Below, one piece after another: positions 39,104 to 48,693 of a stretch of 64,000 nt of DNA. Source of the stretch: Candidatus Zixiibacteriota bacterium (GTDB lineage: Bacteria > Zixibacteria > MSB-5A5 > UBA10806 > 4484-95). A model generated the notes under the pieces. It saw only the letters and a program-made list of their open reading frames with translations, made no database searches and was not told where the DNA came from. Every line of letters begins with the position of its first letter. Position 1 is the first letter of the stretch. The DNA is taken from NCBI GenBank assembly GCA_037441845.1, contig JBBIRK010000002.1, positions 160,001 to 224,000 of the forward strand. The letters are read 5' to 3'. The translations under genes were made by a program, and so were the position numbers.

Positions 39104-41866
39104 TTAGGGCCTGCGGCAATCTATCGTGGCTTCGCCTTTCACGTTCGGATACCCACGCAGCACCGCCGAAACCTTGGCCGTAACCTGCGGCGGATTGGGC
39201 GGAGTCTGCGGGATCATCTCATATGATATCCTGAATTTCGTATAAGCCCAGCCCGATAAATCGGTCGTATCCACCGACGGACCACACAATTCGCCCGCCA
39301 CCTGGGCCGAGAAATTGATTATCCCCTCGCTGATCGCGCATCCGATCCCGTCAATCAACTGCGCCGAAATATCGGAGGTATCATATCGGCCGGGCACCGT
39401 GATCCAGATCGAACCGGGATCGGCGCCCACCGCTATACGGCCGCCCTCGGCGTAAATCGGCAACACGATAAAGCTGCTGGTATCGAAAAGCGATCCCGAC
39501 TGCGCCACAATGAATATCTGCCTGAACGCCCGAGTGCAGGTGTAGGAAATCTGCGTGAACGCCAAACCCGGGACGCCGATAGTCTCCACCGTTCCCGAAT
39601 CCGGGTCGAATACGATCCCACCGGTGAATGCGTTGCCGCCGATCATGGCCACTGAATCGGGAATCACCCTGAAATGTACCGCCGTATTATATTCCACGGG
39701 GTTGGTGAAAGCATCGAGAACCAACGCGGTAACACCTCCGACATAAACCTCGCCCTCGGGGTGCACGTTACCCACCGAAGATATAATTATATTCGCCGGC
39801 GGCCCGGATTCGATTACCACTACCACCTTCTCCTTGAACACGTTCGGGTTGTCGATAGCGGTCGCCTTGATTCGCACCGTACCGGCACAGGTCCCCGAAT
39901 AAAGCGCCACCGATGCCCTACCGTAAACGTCCGTCGAATCGATCACCAACCACTGAATCGAATCGGCGGTCGGAACATAATTGAACGATGGCGCCTCCGG
40001 CCCGACAACCGCCGGCGCGGAGGTTATCTGGAATTGCACCGGATAACCGTCACTCAACGGATTATTGTTTTCATCTTTCAAAGTGGCGATTATCTGGGTG
40101 GCGATTCCCCCGATTTCGATCGTCGGATCCGAAGCCGTCAGCGTGATATTCGATCCTATCGCCGACCGAACCGTTAACGGCACCGTTTGCGACCAAAGCG
40201 TATCGTTGCCTCTCGGAATGAATGCCCGTATGAAATCGGTTCCCGCGGTTGTCCCAACCGTGTACGTCGCCTCGGCGACGCCGCGCGTGGTCATCGCCAG
40301 CGCGGTTATGTTCGAGGTCGCAAGCTGCTTGCGGAAATTGACCTGGGTTCCATTGATAACGTTGTTGCCGTTGGCATCCCTGGCCAACGCCCTGATCGTC
40401 TGCGCCGCCCCCGAACCGGCGACCATATCCGAGGGCATACTTATTATCTGCAGCGTGCTTGCCGAACCCGGGATAAATCCGATGGCCGAGCGAGCATAGG
40501 TGGTCTCGCCGGAAAGACTGATCCCCCATGCTTTCAACGAATCGAATTCCGTCACCAGCGCGGTATCGAGCGCCAACGGCGACCTAATCACGAACGTAGC
40601 CACCCCGTTAAGTGTGGGAGCCGAGTTGCTGCTCAACGTCCCCCGATGCGGAGTGGGGCCGTAATTCGATATGAAGATCGTCGTGTTGTCTCCGATCGGA
40701 ATGTTGGCCGTATCCGACACTGATACGTATATCCTCGCCGAGTCGTCGCCGCCTGCGATCAGTGAGATTTTTTCCAACGATATGCTCATCGATCCGATTT
40801 CACCCAGCAATTGAGAAACCACGTCCAGAGTATCGATTACCGCAATTCCACCGGCGGTTACCGTTATCGTTACGTCCTCGTAAACGCCCGGATCAGTAAT
40901 ATACTTCGCCTGCGTAAACCCGGAGTCGGTCGGCGCCGGGGGCACTACAGTCCCCACGTTGGGCGTTCGGCTTATCTGCACCGGCATTCCGTGAATCCCG
41001 GCGCCACTGGCGTCCCGGACCCAGATATTGATCAGCGCCGTGTCCGAACGGTAGGGCGACCGAATGATCAGCGTTGGCGGATCGAAATTCACCGACACCT
41101 GAGAGACAACGTTGAGCGGCGAATAATATATGTTCAGCGACCTGTTCGCCGTAACCCCACCGGCCAGAGCAGTGAAATTGATCACATAATTGGAATCCGT
41201 AGGCTCGGTGATATATTGAGCCTGAGCATAACCATTGACAGTATAAGCCGGCTGAATCAGCGTCCCTATATTAGGCGTCCTCAACACTTGAACTCGCACG
41301 CTGTCCAAACCTATTCCATGATTATCCCTTACCCACAGATCGATCAACGCCGTATCGATAGCCTCAGGAGAAGTAACCACCACCGAAGATGGATTGAAAT
41401 TCATGGAAACCTGAGACACATTTATATTCGACGTATATCTCACCGCGTATTGAACCGTGTTGCTCACTCCCCCGACCTTCGCCTGAAACGAGACCGTATA
41501 TCCTGTGGTATCTTGAAGACCAGTGATATATTGAGCCGTATAAAGACCTATTACTTCGGTCTCCACAACCGACGTGACAATGCCGTAATTCGGCGTTCTA
41601 CTTAGGCTGATATCGAGACTGTCGACCCCGTTGCCGTTCTCGTCAGAAGCGAAAATCAATATATCGACCGTATCCAAAACCATCAACTCCGAAAACGTCA
41701 GCACCGGCGGATTGAAATTGAGCGTCAATTCCGCCACCTGCTTGACCCGCGATTGACTGGGATTTATCGGATTACGATTATCGCAGCCGGCCAGTAAAAC
41801 GCCGATCGCCAGGACCACTGGCAACGTTACTCCGGCCGATCCTGTTGCTTTCCTGAAAGCTTTCAC
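39104..41866 (-). CDS. Large lipoprotein with tandem bacterial Ig-like (Big_1/invasin-type) domains
   Basis: Lipobox LLAGC; repeated D.NGN.V..GT.V.F and T..G.A...Y motifs; GGAGG SD before GTG. Confidence 0.85.
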   Translation of the reverse strand: MKAFRKATGSAGVTLPVVLAIGVLLAGCDNRNPINPSQSRVKQVAELTLNFNPPVLTFSELMVLDTVDILIFASDENGNGVDSLDISLSRTPNYGIVTSVVETEVIGLYTAQYITGLQDTTGYTVSFQAKVGGVSNTVQYAVRYTSNINVSQVSMNFNPSSVVVTSPEAIDTALIDLWVRDNHGIGLDSVRVQVLRTPNIGTLIQPAYTVNGYAQAQYITEPTDSNYVINFTALAGGVTANRSLNIYYSPLNVVSQVSVNFDPPTLIIRSPYRSDTALINIWVRDASGAGIHGMPVQISRTPNVGTVVPPAPTDSGFTQAKYITDPGVYEDVTITVTAGGIAVIDTLDVVSQLLGEIGSMSISLEKISLIAGGDDSARIYVSVSDTANIPIGDNTTIFISNYGPTPHRGTLSSNSAPTLNGVATFVIRSPLALDTALVTEFDSLKAWGISLSGETTYARSAIGFIPGSASTLQIISMPSDMVAGSGAAQTIRALARDANGNNVINGTQVNFRKQLATSNITALAMTTRGVAEATYTVGTTAGTDFIRAFIPRGNDTLWSQTVPLTVRSAIGSNITLTASDPTIEIGGIATQIIATLKDENNNPLSDGYPVQFQITSAPAVVGPEAPSFNYVPTADSIQWLVIDSTDVYGRASVALYSGTCAGTVRIKATAIDNPNVFKEKVVVVIESGPPANIIISSVGNVHPEGEVYVGGVTALVLDAFTNPVEYNTAVHFRVIPDSVAMIGGNAFTGGIVFDPDSGTVETIGVPGLAFTQISYTCTRAFRQIFIVAQSGSLFDTSSFIVLPIYAEGGRIAVGADPGSIWITVPGRYDTSDISAQLIDGIGCAISEGIINFSAQVAGELCGPSVDTTDLSGWAYTKFRISYEMIPQTPPNPPQVTAKVSAVLRGYPNVKGEATIDCRRP
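40795..41737 (-). repeat. Three diverged tandem ~105-aa Ig-like repeats within the lipoprotein
   Basis: Units begin VAELTLNFNPP (41737), VSQVSMNFNPS (41419) and VSQVSVNFDPP (41107); each has DT..I....D..G.G, RTPN.G and A.YIT. Confidence 0.85.
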
Positions 41867-41885
41867 GGGAACACCTCCTTTATGC

Positions 41886-43433
41886 TCACTTTTTCTTTTC
41901 TTGGGGTGGGGTCGTTACTTCATCTATGAATTCATGAACATCCTTGTTCAACCCCTTCACCTTCTCCAAATCGCTGATAGTCGGCTCGATCGCCTTGAAA
42001 TCGGTTGAGAATCCGGGGCCGATTATTTGATAACCTTCGGTAGTGTGATTCGCGGCATCGGAATAACTCATATCGGGTCTCACTATCCGCGGCGTCACCT
42101 CGATTATCAGATCGGTCTTACGCGTCTGATAATATTCATGCATGAACAGCCGACCGATCAGCGGAATATCGGATAAAATCGGCATCCGGAATATCGTCTT
42201 GTTGTCATCGACCGAAAGCAGACCGCCGATAAATATCTTCTGGCCGTCTTTCACCAAAACGGTGGTGCTGGCGGTCCGGATCTTCTTGCGCGGATACAGA
42301 TTCTGCACCAGCTCGATTATCGACGACACCTCCGGCTCCACCTTCGTGGTGATATAACCGTTGGAATTGATCGACGGCGTGATGTTCAGCCTAATACCGA
42401 TCTCTTCTTCCATCACTATCGCGTTCTGGACCGAAACCACCGCCCAGCGCATCGTCTCGCCGATCAATATCGTGGCCTGTCGGTTGTTGACCGTGGTCAA
42501 TTTCGAGTTGGCCAGAACCTTGGCCTTATTCCTCTTGATCAAGAAATCGAGTGTGATATCGAAAGCGTTAAGTTGCCTCGAAAAAAGCCCCACATTGTCC
42601 AGCCCCTGTATCTTTTGAAAAATGAACTTCTCCGGCAGCTTTTCCAAATACGCATCCTGCCCGCCGAAATCAAGCGCAGTGGGAGCCCGACTCGATCCAT
42701 CATCGTTCAGCGGAGATTCCGCCAGAATCGTCGTGATATGGGAAAGCTTCTCCCAATCTATACCATATTTGTCAAGATCATCGGTTGCCACCTCGATCAA
42801 TCTCGCTTCGAGCAAAATCTGCATCGGCGGGGTATCTATTCGCTTTATTATCTCGGTTATCTCCGCCGCCACTTTCGGCGATGTCAGCACCAGAATCCGG
42901 TTGCCCGAGGTATCGACCTGGATCGTCTCGCTCAAATCGCCCAACATCTCTTTCACCTCGGCGGCGTTGGCGAATTGCAGATCATACACGTAAGCCGACA
43001 GCCCCACCTGCCGCGCCAAGGCCTCCTGATCGGCGACCAAAAACGAATTTCCTACTATTTCATAAGATAACCCGGCGGCCCTCACCACGAGATTTATGGC
43101 TTCCTCGATCGGCGTATTATTCAGATGCACCGAAATTCTTTCCTGCCGATTGACACCAGGGCCGGTGACGATATTGAAACCGGATTTTTCGGCCAGTATG
43201 CTCAGCACCGATGGCAGAAAAGCGTCGTCTGCATCGAGCGTGATCGTTTTGGACAATCCCTCTTTCAACACGGGAGACATAGGTCGACTTTCGGCTTGTT
43301 CCTGCGCCGCTGCGTATGGCAAACCCGAAACCAAAAGCAAAACGCCAATCAATACGGCCGATCGAACTTTCCAGAAACCTTTCAAAACTTCCTCCAAATT
43401 ATTGCGATAATGATTACCATTGCTCCGGTTCAT
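41886..43433 (-). CDS. pilQ: Secretin PilQ/GspD
   Basis: ITLDADDA.L..VL..LA..SGFNIV, IDTPPMQILLEARLIEV, GIRLNITPSI, PILSDIPLIGRLF. Confidence 0.92.
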   Translation of the reverse strand: MNRSNGNHYRNNLEEVLKGFWKVRSAVLIGVLLLVSGLPYAAAQEQAESRPMSPVLKEGLSKTITLDADDAFLPSVLSILAEKSGFNIVTGPGVNRQERISVHLNNTPIEEAINLVVRAAGLSYEIVGNSFLVADQEALARQVGLSAYVYDLQFANAAEVKEMLGDLSETIQVDTSGNRILVLTSPKVAAEITEIIKRIDTPPMQILLEARLIEVATDDLDKYGIDWEKLSHITTILAESPLNDDGSSRAPTALDFGGQDAYLEKLPEKFIFQKIQGLDNVGLFSRQLNAFDITLDFLIKRNKAKVLANSKLTTVNNRQATILIGETMRWAVVSVQNAIVMEEEIGIRLNITPSINSNGYITTKVEPEVSSIIELVQNLYPRKKIRTASTTVLVKDGQKIFIGGLLSVDDNKTIFRMPILSDIPLIGRLFMHEYYQTRKTDLIIEVTPRIVRPDMSYSDAANHTTEGYQIIGPGFSTDFKAIEPTISDLEKVKGLNKDVHEFIDEVTTPPQEKKK

Positions 43434-43962
43434 TATATTGCGCCCCCTCCTCCGGCAACGTCTCCAGAGGCAAAGGCGTGTTCTTGAGCGTCACTTCCTC
43501 TCCCCCTCGCGAAAGCACAACCGTCTTCTCCCGAATTTCCTTCACCACGTAACCTTCCCCCAACACATCTCCCTGCCGGACGACTTTGCTCTTGCCGCGG
43601 AATTTGATTATCGCCTTCGGATCGCTGTCGACAACCGTCGCCGACAACCGTATCTCCGTGTCTTCGGCGGACTCCCTAAAACCGGCGCGTGCATACGAAA
43701 AATTGGTCAAGACCCTCCCCAAGTATAACGGGTCTTGCTTCACCCCGAATTTATAGGCCAGCCGCCTCCGCCAGTTGGCTTCGAGCGAATCGATAGTGAT
43801 TGTCAGAGACGAGTCCGTATCCAGCGTCACCACCGGCGTCGAACGCATGGCTTTGGCTGCGCTGACCTGGGTTATCGCCTTGAACGCGCTCCAACTCACC
43901 ACTAAAATAACCAGAACACTCAAAACGAAACTGATTGCCTTGATAATGCTGTTTTTATCCAC
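43414..43962 (-). CDS. PilP/GspC-like protein
   Basis: Position between pilO and pilQ; N-terminal TM; QDP motif; C-terminal IRLSATV..KAII..VVRQGDVL.EGYVVKEI...VVL. Confidence 0.7.
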   Translation of the reverse strand: MDKNSIIKAISFVLSVLVILVVSWSAFKAITQVSAAKAMRSTPVVTLDTDSSLTITIDSLEANWRRRLAYKFGVKQDPLYLGRVLTNFSYARAGFRESAEDTEIRLSATVVDSDPKAIIKFRGKSKVVRQGDVLGEGYVVKEIREKTVVLSRGGEEVTLKNTPLPLETLPEEGAQYNEPEQW

Positions 43963-44587
43963 CCGCGTAACTCGCTTTCAAGATAGTCAAAGTCTCTATG
44001 TCAAGATTGATCCTGTGCTGTTCGGGTTTGCCGGTCACGTCCTGCTCGAAGTAAGCCATATCGATCGGATTCTCGAGCTGAAATCTCGTCACCCGGATCA
44101 GGCGCGCCGATTTTTCGAGCTCCTGCAAAAACTGTCCGAATTGCGTGTAGCTTGCGATTATCACCATACTATATGGAGTCCGGATATAATCGCTTCTTTG
44201 GATCGATTGTTCGTCGTGAGCCGCCAGTGTATCCTTCAGACCCTCCGAACGAACCACTCCGAGCGGCCTTACCGAAACCAAGATTATTCCCAAATCATCC
44301 ATCAGCCCGGTGAGATATTTCAAAAATCCCATGTCAGCCGGACGAGCCAGCGAATCGGAAGGGTCGTTTGCCATGTTGTTGCTGATCAATTCGTTCACGT
44401 TTTGCAGATCACGGGAAATAATCTGCGCCGAAAGCAATTGCCGCTTCTTCTCGGCGATCTGTTCCTGCAACGACTCTATCTGGCTCGGCTGTTTGGCGAT
44501 AACGTTCTTGTAGAAAAGCCAGAATGCCGCGACATAAATCAGCAATGCTGCGCTTATTATCAGATTCTTCTTGAAATTCATCTTCAA
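43955..44587 (-). CDS. pilO: Pilus alignment protein PilO
   Basis: TM plus coiled coil, ASYTQFGQFLQELEKSARLI; synteny. Confidence 0.82.
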   Translation of the reverse strand: MKMNFKKNLIISAALLIYVAAFWLFYKNVIAKQPSQIESLQEQIAEKKRQLLSAQIISRDLQNVNELISNNMANDPSDSLARPADMGFLKYLTGLMDDLGIILVSVRPLGVVRSEGLKDTLAAHDEQSIQRSDYIRTPYSMVIIASYTQFGQFLQELEKSARLIRVTRFQLENPIDMAYFEQDVTGKPEQHRINLDIETLTILKASYAGG

Positions 44588-45159
44588 CCCACCGTGCAGG
44601 CAATCTCGAATTCGATGATTTCCTGATTCTTGTGTTTGATCCGCGATGATCCGTTAAACATGATGTTGGCGAAACCGGCGGAAAAATCGGGATCTTTTTT
44701 TATGATATCCACTATCGCCATCACCAGGTCGAGATCCTCGAGCCGAGGATTAACCTTGGTCAAGCCGCTTATAATCAACTGATTCGTCTGGTTGTCGTAA
44801 TCGAGCTTGGTGATAGCCACATCGTTGGGCAATATCCTACCCAGCACGTCTAGCTTTTCCGTCCAGGTCATCCGGTTGTTGGCCAGATCGGCCAGCACGA
44901 AAATATCATCCGGCGAAAGATAGGCGGAAGACGCCTGCAGGCGATCTATTTCCTCCTGGATTCGTGCGAGCTCGGCTTTTTCCGCGGAAATTATTTTATG
45001 ATTCTGGTAAGCCTTATAAATCGCCAGGATACTGATCAGCGCCACCACCCCTAAATAAAATCCGACCGCCACCATACGCCGCTGTTTCTGTTTTTCGGCG
45101 AATTGATCGAGCCGGTTCGAGGGCTTATTCAGGTTTATCTTATAAAGTATTCCGGCCAT
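44584..45159 (-). CDS. pilN: Pilus alignment protein PilN
   Basis: INL motif (YKINLN), TM, coiled coil, W...L..LG.ILP.DV.I. Start placed at ATG 45159. Confidence 0.82.
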   Translation of the reverse strand: MAGILYKINLNKPSNRLDQFAEKQKQRRMVAVGFYLGVVALISILAIYKAYQNHKIISAEKAELARIQEEIDRLQASSAYLSPDDIFVLADLANNRMTWTEKLDVLGRILPNDVAITKLDYDNQTNQLIISGLTKVNPRLEDLDLVMAIVDIIKKDPDFSAGFANIMFNGSSRIKHKNQEIIEFEIACTVG

Positions 45160-45160
45160 C

Positions 45161-46213
45161 TCAATCCTCCCTGAGCGCCAGTCCGCAGGCGACCGCCAGC
45201 CGGCTGCCCAACCCATCGTCGAAACCGGGCGGTGTAATAAATTCGGCGTAGGGATTGAATATCTCCACGGTCAGGTTCAACTGCGCCGCCAGATGCGAGT
45301 TCAAATTTGGCATCTTGGCCGACCCACCGCAAAGCATCACTTTCTGAAACTCCCGACACCCCGTCTCTTTAGTATAATAACGCAACGACCGACGCAACTC
45401 ATCGACCAGAGTGTCGATCGAAAGGCGCCGGGCGACCCTGATCCCGCCCGAATCCGCCGATGAATCCCCCAGAAATGCTCCCATTCCCCGTTCCCGTTTC
45501 ATCCCCTCCGCCTGCGCGTAATCTACCTTGGAAAGATTCTTTATGTCGTCGGTGAAATTATGTCCGGCCCAGGCAAGATCCCGGCTGAAAAACATGGTCT
45601 CCCGACCGACTATGACGATACCGGTGTATTTCGCCCCTATATTCAAGAAAACCACCGCCTCGTCACCCATGAACGAACCATGACTGACGAGATATGCATT
45701 AACCAAAGCCAGCGAACCCGCATCTATCTTCGCAGGCTCGAGCCCGACCTCTTTGAGAAGCTTCAACTGATTGTCGAAAACCTTTTTGGTGGTCGCCACC
45801 AGCAGAATATCCATATCCTGCGATTGCATGTCCCCGCGCAAAATCTGAAAATCAATCACCGCATCGGATTCATCGAGTGGAAGATGCTTGCGGGCCTCGA
45901 AAAGCAACGACGACTGCATCTCCTCGGGAGCCAGAGGAATCGATTTGATCTGCTTGATCGATATCGCCGGGCCGCTCAAACCGCATACGACGTTTTTCGC
46001 CCGCTTGGCGTTGATCTTCATCTTGTCGAACGCATTCCTGAGCGCCGTTTGAACCCGGCCCACACTCGGGCCTTCGGTATCGAATTCCTCGTTTTCAGTG
46101 TATAAATCGGAGATGAAGTAGTTTTTTAATCGGTAGCGGTTACCTTCGTTTTCCAGCTCGACGAGTTTGACGGAGAAATTGCCTATATCAAGACCAACTA
46201 CTGATTTTCCCAT
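45161..46213 (-). CDS. pilM: Pilus assembly protein PilM (actin-like)
   Basis: VGLDIGNFSVKLVEL, LNIGA, ELRRSLRYY, LCGGSA, NPY, VACGLALR. Confidence 0.93.
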   Translation of the reverse strand: MGKSVVGLDIGNFSVKLVELENEGNRYRLKNYFISDLYTENEEFDTEGPSVGRVQTALRNAFDKMKINAKRAKNVVCGLSGPAISIKQIKSIPLAPEEMQSSLLFEARKHLPLDESDAVIDFQILRGDMQSQDMDILLVATTKKVFDNQLKLLKEVGLEPAKIDAGSLALVNAYLVSHGSFMGDEAVVFLNIGAKYTGIVIVGRETMFFSRDLAWAGHNFTDDIKNLSKVDYAQAEGMKRERGMGAFLGDSSADSGGIRVARRLSIDTLVDELRRSLRYYTKETGCREFQKVMLCGGSAKMPNLNSHLAAQLNLTVEIFNPYAEFITPPGFDDGLGSRLAVACGLALRED

Positions 46214-46253
46214 AATGCCCTTTCATTCATACTCAAATGCCAACCCTCCCGCT

Positions 46254-47645
46254 CTATTCCGATTCTTCATATATCATTGTTATATTGCCGCTGGGTATCC
46301 AGTGGGGCGGCGGTGCCACCGAAAACCGCTGGTCATACATGTAGTCTTTCTGCACGAAACCGTAGCCGTAACCCTCTGATCCGCGATGAATTATCCCCCG
46401 ATACTGCTGATTGATGCAGCCGTGAATGAAAAGCGAGGTATATTCGGGCACACTGAAATTGTATATCCCTTGCACCGACATCGAGCCACGTAAAGCCGCG
46501 ATACCGGCATTCACCCGAAATTGTCTCGGATTGGGATAAACCGGATAACCGCTGTATTTGCTGAACATCACCCACTTTTCCGATATCAACCCCACCGCAT
46601 ACTGGCAGTTGAGCGGCACCCGGCCGAACGTATCGGCGCAGGCCAGATAAATATCGTGAAAGACGACCAATGTATCCGAACAACCCACAGTCACGCGCCC
46701 CTTCACCCCTCGATATGAGGCATCGCCTGTACGGCGTGGAGCATCGATATACAGTTTCCCGTTCACGAACACCGCCCCGTTCAATGGCAGTTTCAAACGC
46801 CGAACATGCGATTGATTCCAGAGCGTGTCGAACGGAGCGTCGCTCCTGGGCTTTCCTTTCCACATAAGCGAATCGGAATAAAGCCTGATATAATACATGC
46901 TGTCCGGATTGCTGTCACCGATAAAGTAAGGTGAGTTCCTCGCCGCATTCCGCACCGAATCGGCTTGATCGGGGAAACGAATGGGCGCGGCATTGGGCCT
47001 GAATCCGCCGTAAAAACGAGCATTGGTGGAATTCCGCGGAGGATAAGTATCGCGCATGCACGTCGAAACCGGCTTGTAGAACACCGGCATGTTTCGGGTC
47101 GGATGGATAAAAATCGTGCCGTTCGAATGCGTTTTGCCGTCGAGCGTATCCGGCGACCAAAAATAAATGCTGTCAAAATAAACCCGGTCCACTTCGCGAT
47201 GCGTCAGCCACAAATAATCGGCCATGGTTTCATAACGGTAACTATAATTTATTTCTTCTTCCCAAACAAAACCGGTGCTCACATCTTTCGAATATCCGTT
47301 CGCCACGATTTTATAGTTTTCCCAGGAGAAAATCCCCTCGTTGCCCCCGCTCGGATAAATAGTGTATCCATAGCTGTTGTTACCATAGAACCCGATTCCA
47401 TGCTGACCATACTCGGTCCCCGGACGATTCGTATTAGAATATATAAAAGCATCCACCAGCGCCAATTGCGCCGCGTAAACCGCCTGCACTCGCATTATAT
47501 CCAAATCCACGGTGTTGCTGAAATCGTTGAAAAACTTAAGATAAGCCGTGCCCAGCGCGATCATCATCACCGACAGTATCAGGGCCCAAACCAGAACAAC
47601 CCCCTGGTTGTCCTTCAGCTTCTCAATCAGAGGCATTCTGCTCAT
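46254..47645 (-). CDS. PilX-like minor pilin with large C-terminal domain (possible tip adhesin)
   Basis: Class III signal NQG|VVLVWALI lacking E5, QAVYAAQ, DG.THSNG, C-terminal KDYMYDQRF..PPHW. Confidence 0.75.
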   Translation of the reverse strand: MSRMPLIEKLKDNQGVVLVWALILSVMMIALGTAYLKFFNDFSNTVDLDIMRVQAVYAAQLALVDAFIYSNTNRPGTEYGQHGIGFYGNNSYGYTIYPSGGNEGIFSWENYKIVANGYSKDVSTGFVWEEEINYSYRYETMADYLWLTHREVDRVYFDSIYFWSPDTLDGKTHSNGTIFIHPTRNMPVFYKPVSTCMRDTYPPRNSTNARFYGGFRPNAAPIRFPDQADSVRNAARNSPYFIGDSNPDSMYYIRLYSDSLMWKGKPRSDAPFDTLWNQSHVRRLKLPLNGAVFVNGKLYIDAPRRTGDASYRGVKGRVTVGCSDTLVVFHDIYLACADTFGRVPLNCQYAVGLISEKWVMFSKYSGYPVYPNPRQFRVNAGIAALRGSMSVQGIYNFSVPEYTSLFIHGCINQQYRGIIHRGSEGYGYGFVQKDYMYDQRFSVAPPPHWIPSGNITMIYEESE

Positions 47646-47665
47646 CTGATCCCTCCAGGATTATT

Positions 47666-48241
47666 TTAATTCGCATAATTTCTGTTCAACGTGGTCGCCC
47701 TGAGCGCCAACGTATCACCCTCAGGATTTTCCAGAACGATTGTCACTCTGACCATCATCTGTTGAGGATCGGTGATCCCCCCCGTAACGTCCTCGGCGTA
47801 TTCGAATTTCACCCGCTTCATCTTATATGCCTGCACCGCCCGCCTCCTCGAGGCATAAGTCGTCGCCGGCAGCAATCGAACGTTGAATTCGCCATGATTG
47901 ACCCGTCGATCGTTCATCCTCAAACTTTTATCGCTGTGGTTCACGTAAAACTCGACCGGGCCGGCGGCCGATGACCTCTCCGGCACTACCAGCTCCATCC
48001 GCGGATTAGCGTCGCTTTCGAATATATTGATGTTCTCGGCGTTGCGAATCATATTCTCGATTTTACGCAGCACCATCATGCCGTCGGAGTACATCAGATT
48101 CATCGTAACCGTAGACTTGAATAATTTCAGCCCGTAAATATAGGCGTTCACCATACCCACCGTGAAAAAGCCGAAAATAAACACCACCACCATCACTTCC
48201 ACCAGCGTCACACCCTTATTCTTTTTCACTCTCGACAGCAT
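47666..48241 (-). CDS. Minor pilin (PilW-like)
   Basis: KNKG|VTLVEVMVVVFI prepilin cleavage motif; C-terminal LNRN. Confidence 0.85.
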   Translation of the reverse strand: MLSRVKKNKGVTLVEVMVVVFIFGFFTVGMVNAYIYGLKLFKSTVTMNLMYSDGMMVLRKIENMIRNAENINIFESDANPRMELVVPERSSAAGPVEFYVNHSDKSLRMNDRRVNHGEFNVRLLPATTYASRRRAVQAYKMKRVKFEYAEDVTGGITDPQQMMVRVTIVLENPEGDTLALRATTLNRNYAN

Positions 48242-48265
48242 GAAAAAACCCTTTTGCCGTACCCC

Positions 48266-48691
48266 TCAGTATTTCGTGGACAGCACGATACTGTAACGCC
48301 GCCCCGAAAACGCTTTCCAATTATAACTGACCGCCACCGAATCGTATACCGGTCTGCCGTTGGCGTCCAAAGTCGGAGAATGCTGAACCACCACCTCATA
48401 ATCGGCCACCAGCGGCTTTCCCTCCTCGTTCAGCGCGGACATTATAGTATCTTTGCCGGATCCGTTTTCGCTGTCCGGCACGTTACCGAAATATTTCTCA
48501 AGGTATTTCAGCCGCTCCATCTTTTCCTGGGCTTTCTCCAAAACGCGGCGGCGCTGAAATTGCTCGTTGATCAATTCCTGCCCATGGACGAACATGAAAT
48601 AAACCGCCGCTCCGGCGATTGTCAGAAACAAGATCGCCATCATCAATTCGATCAGCGTCACCCCGCGGCTGTTCGATAATCGCTTCCTCAA
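48266..48691 (-). CDS. Minor pilin (PilV-like)
   Basis: TTG start 48691 with GGAG SD; SRG|VTLIELMMAILFL; AQEKMERL. Confidence 0.85.
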   Translation of the reverse strand: MRKRLSNSRGVTLIELMMAILFLTIAGAAVYFMFVHGQELINEQFQRRRVLEKAQEKMERLKYLEKYFGNVPDSENGSGKDTIMSALNEEGKPLVADYEVVVQHSPTLDANGRPVYDSVAVSYNWKAFSGRRYSIVLSTKY

Positions 48692-48693
48692 AT

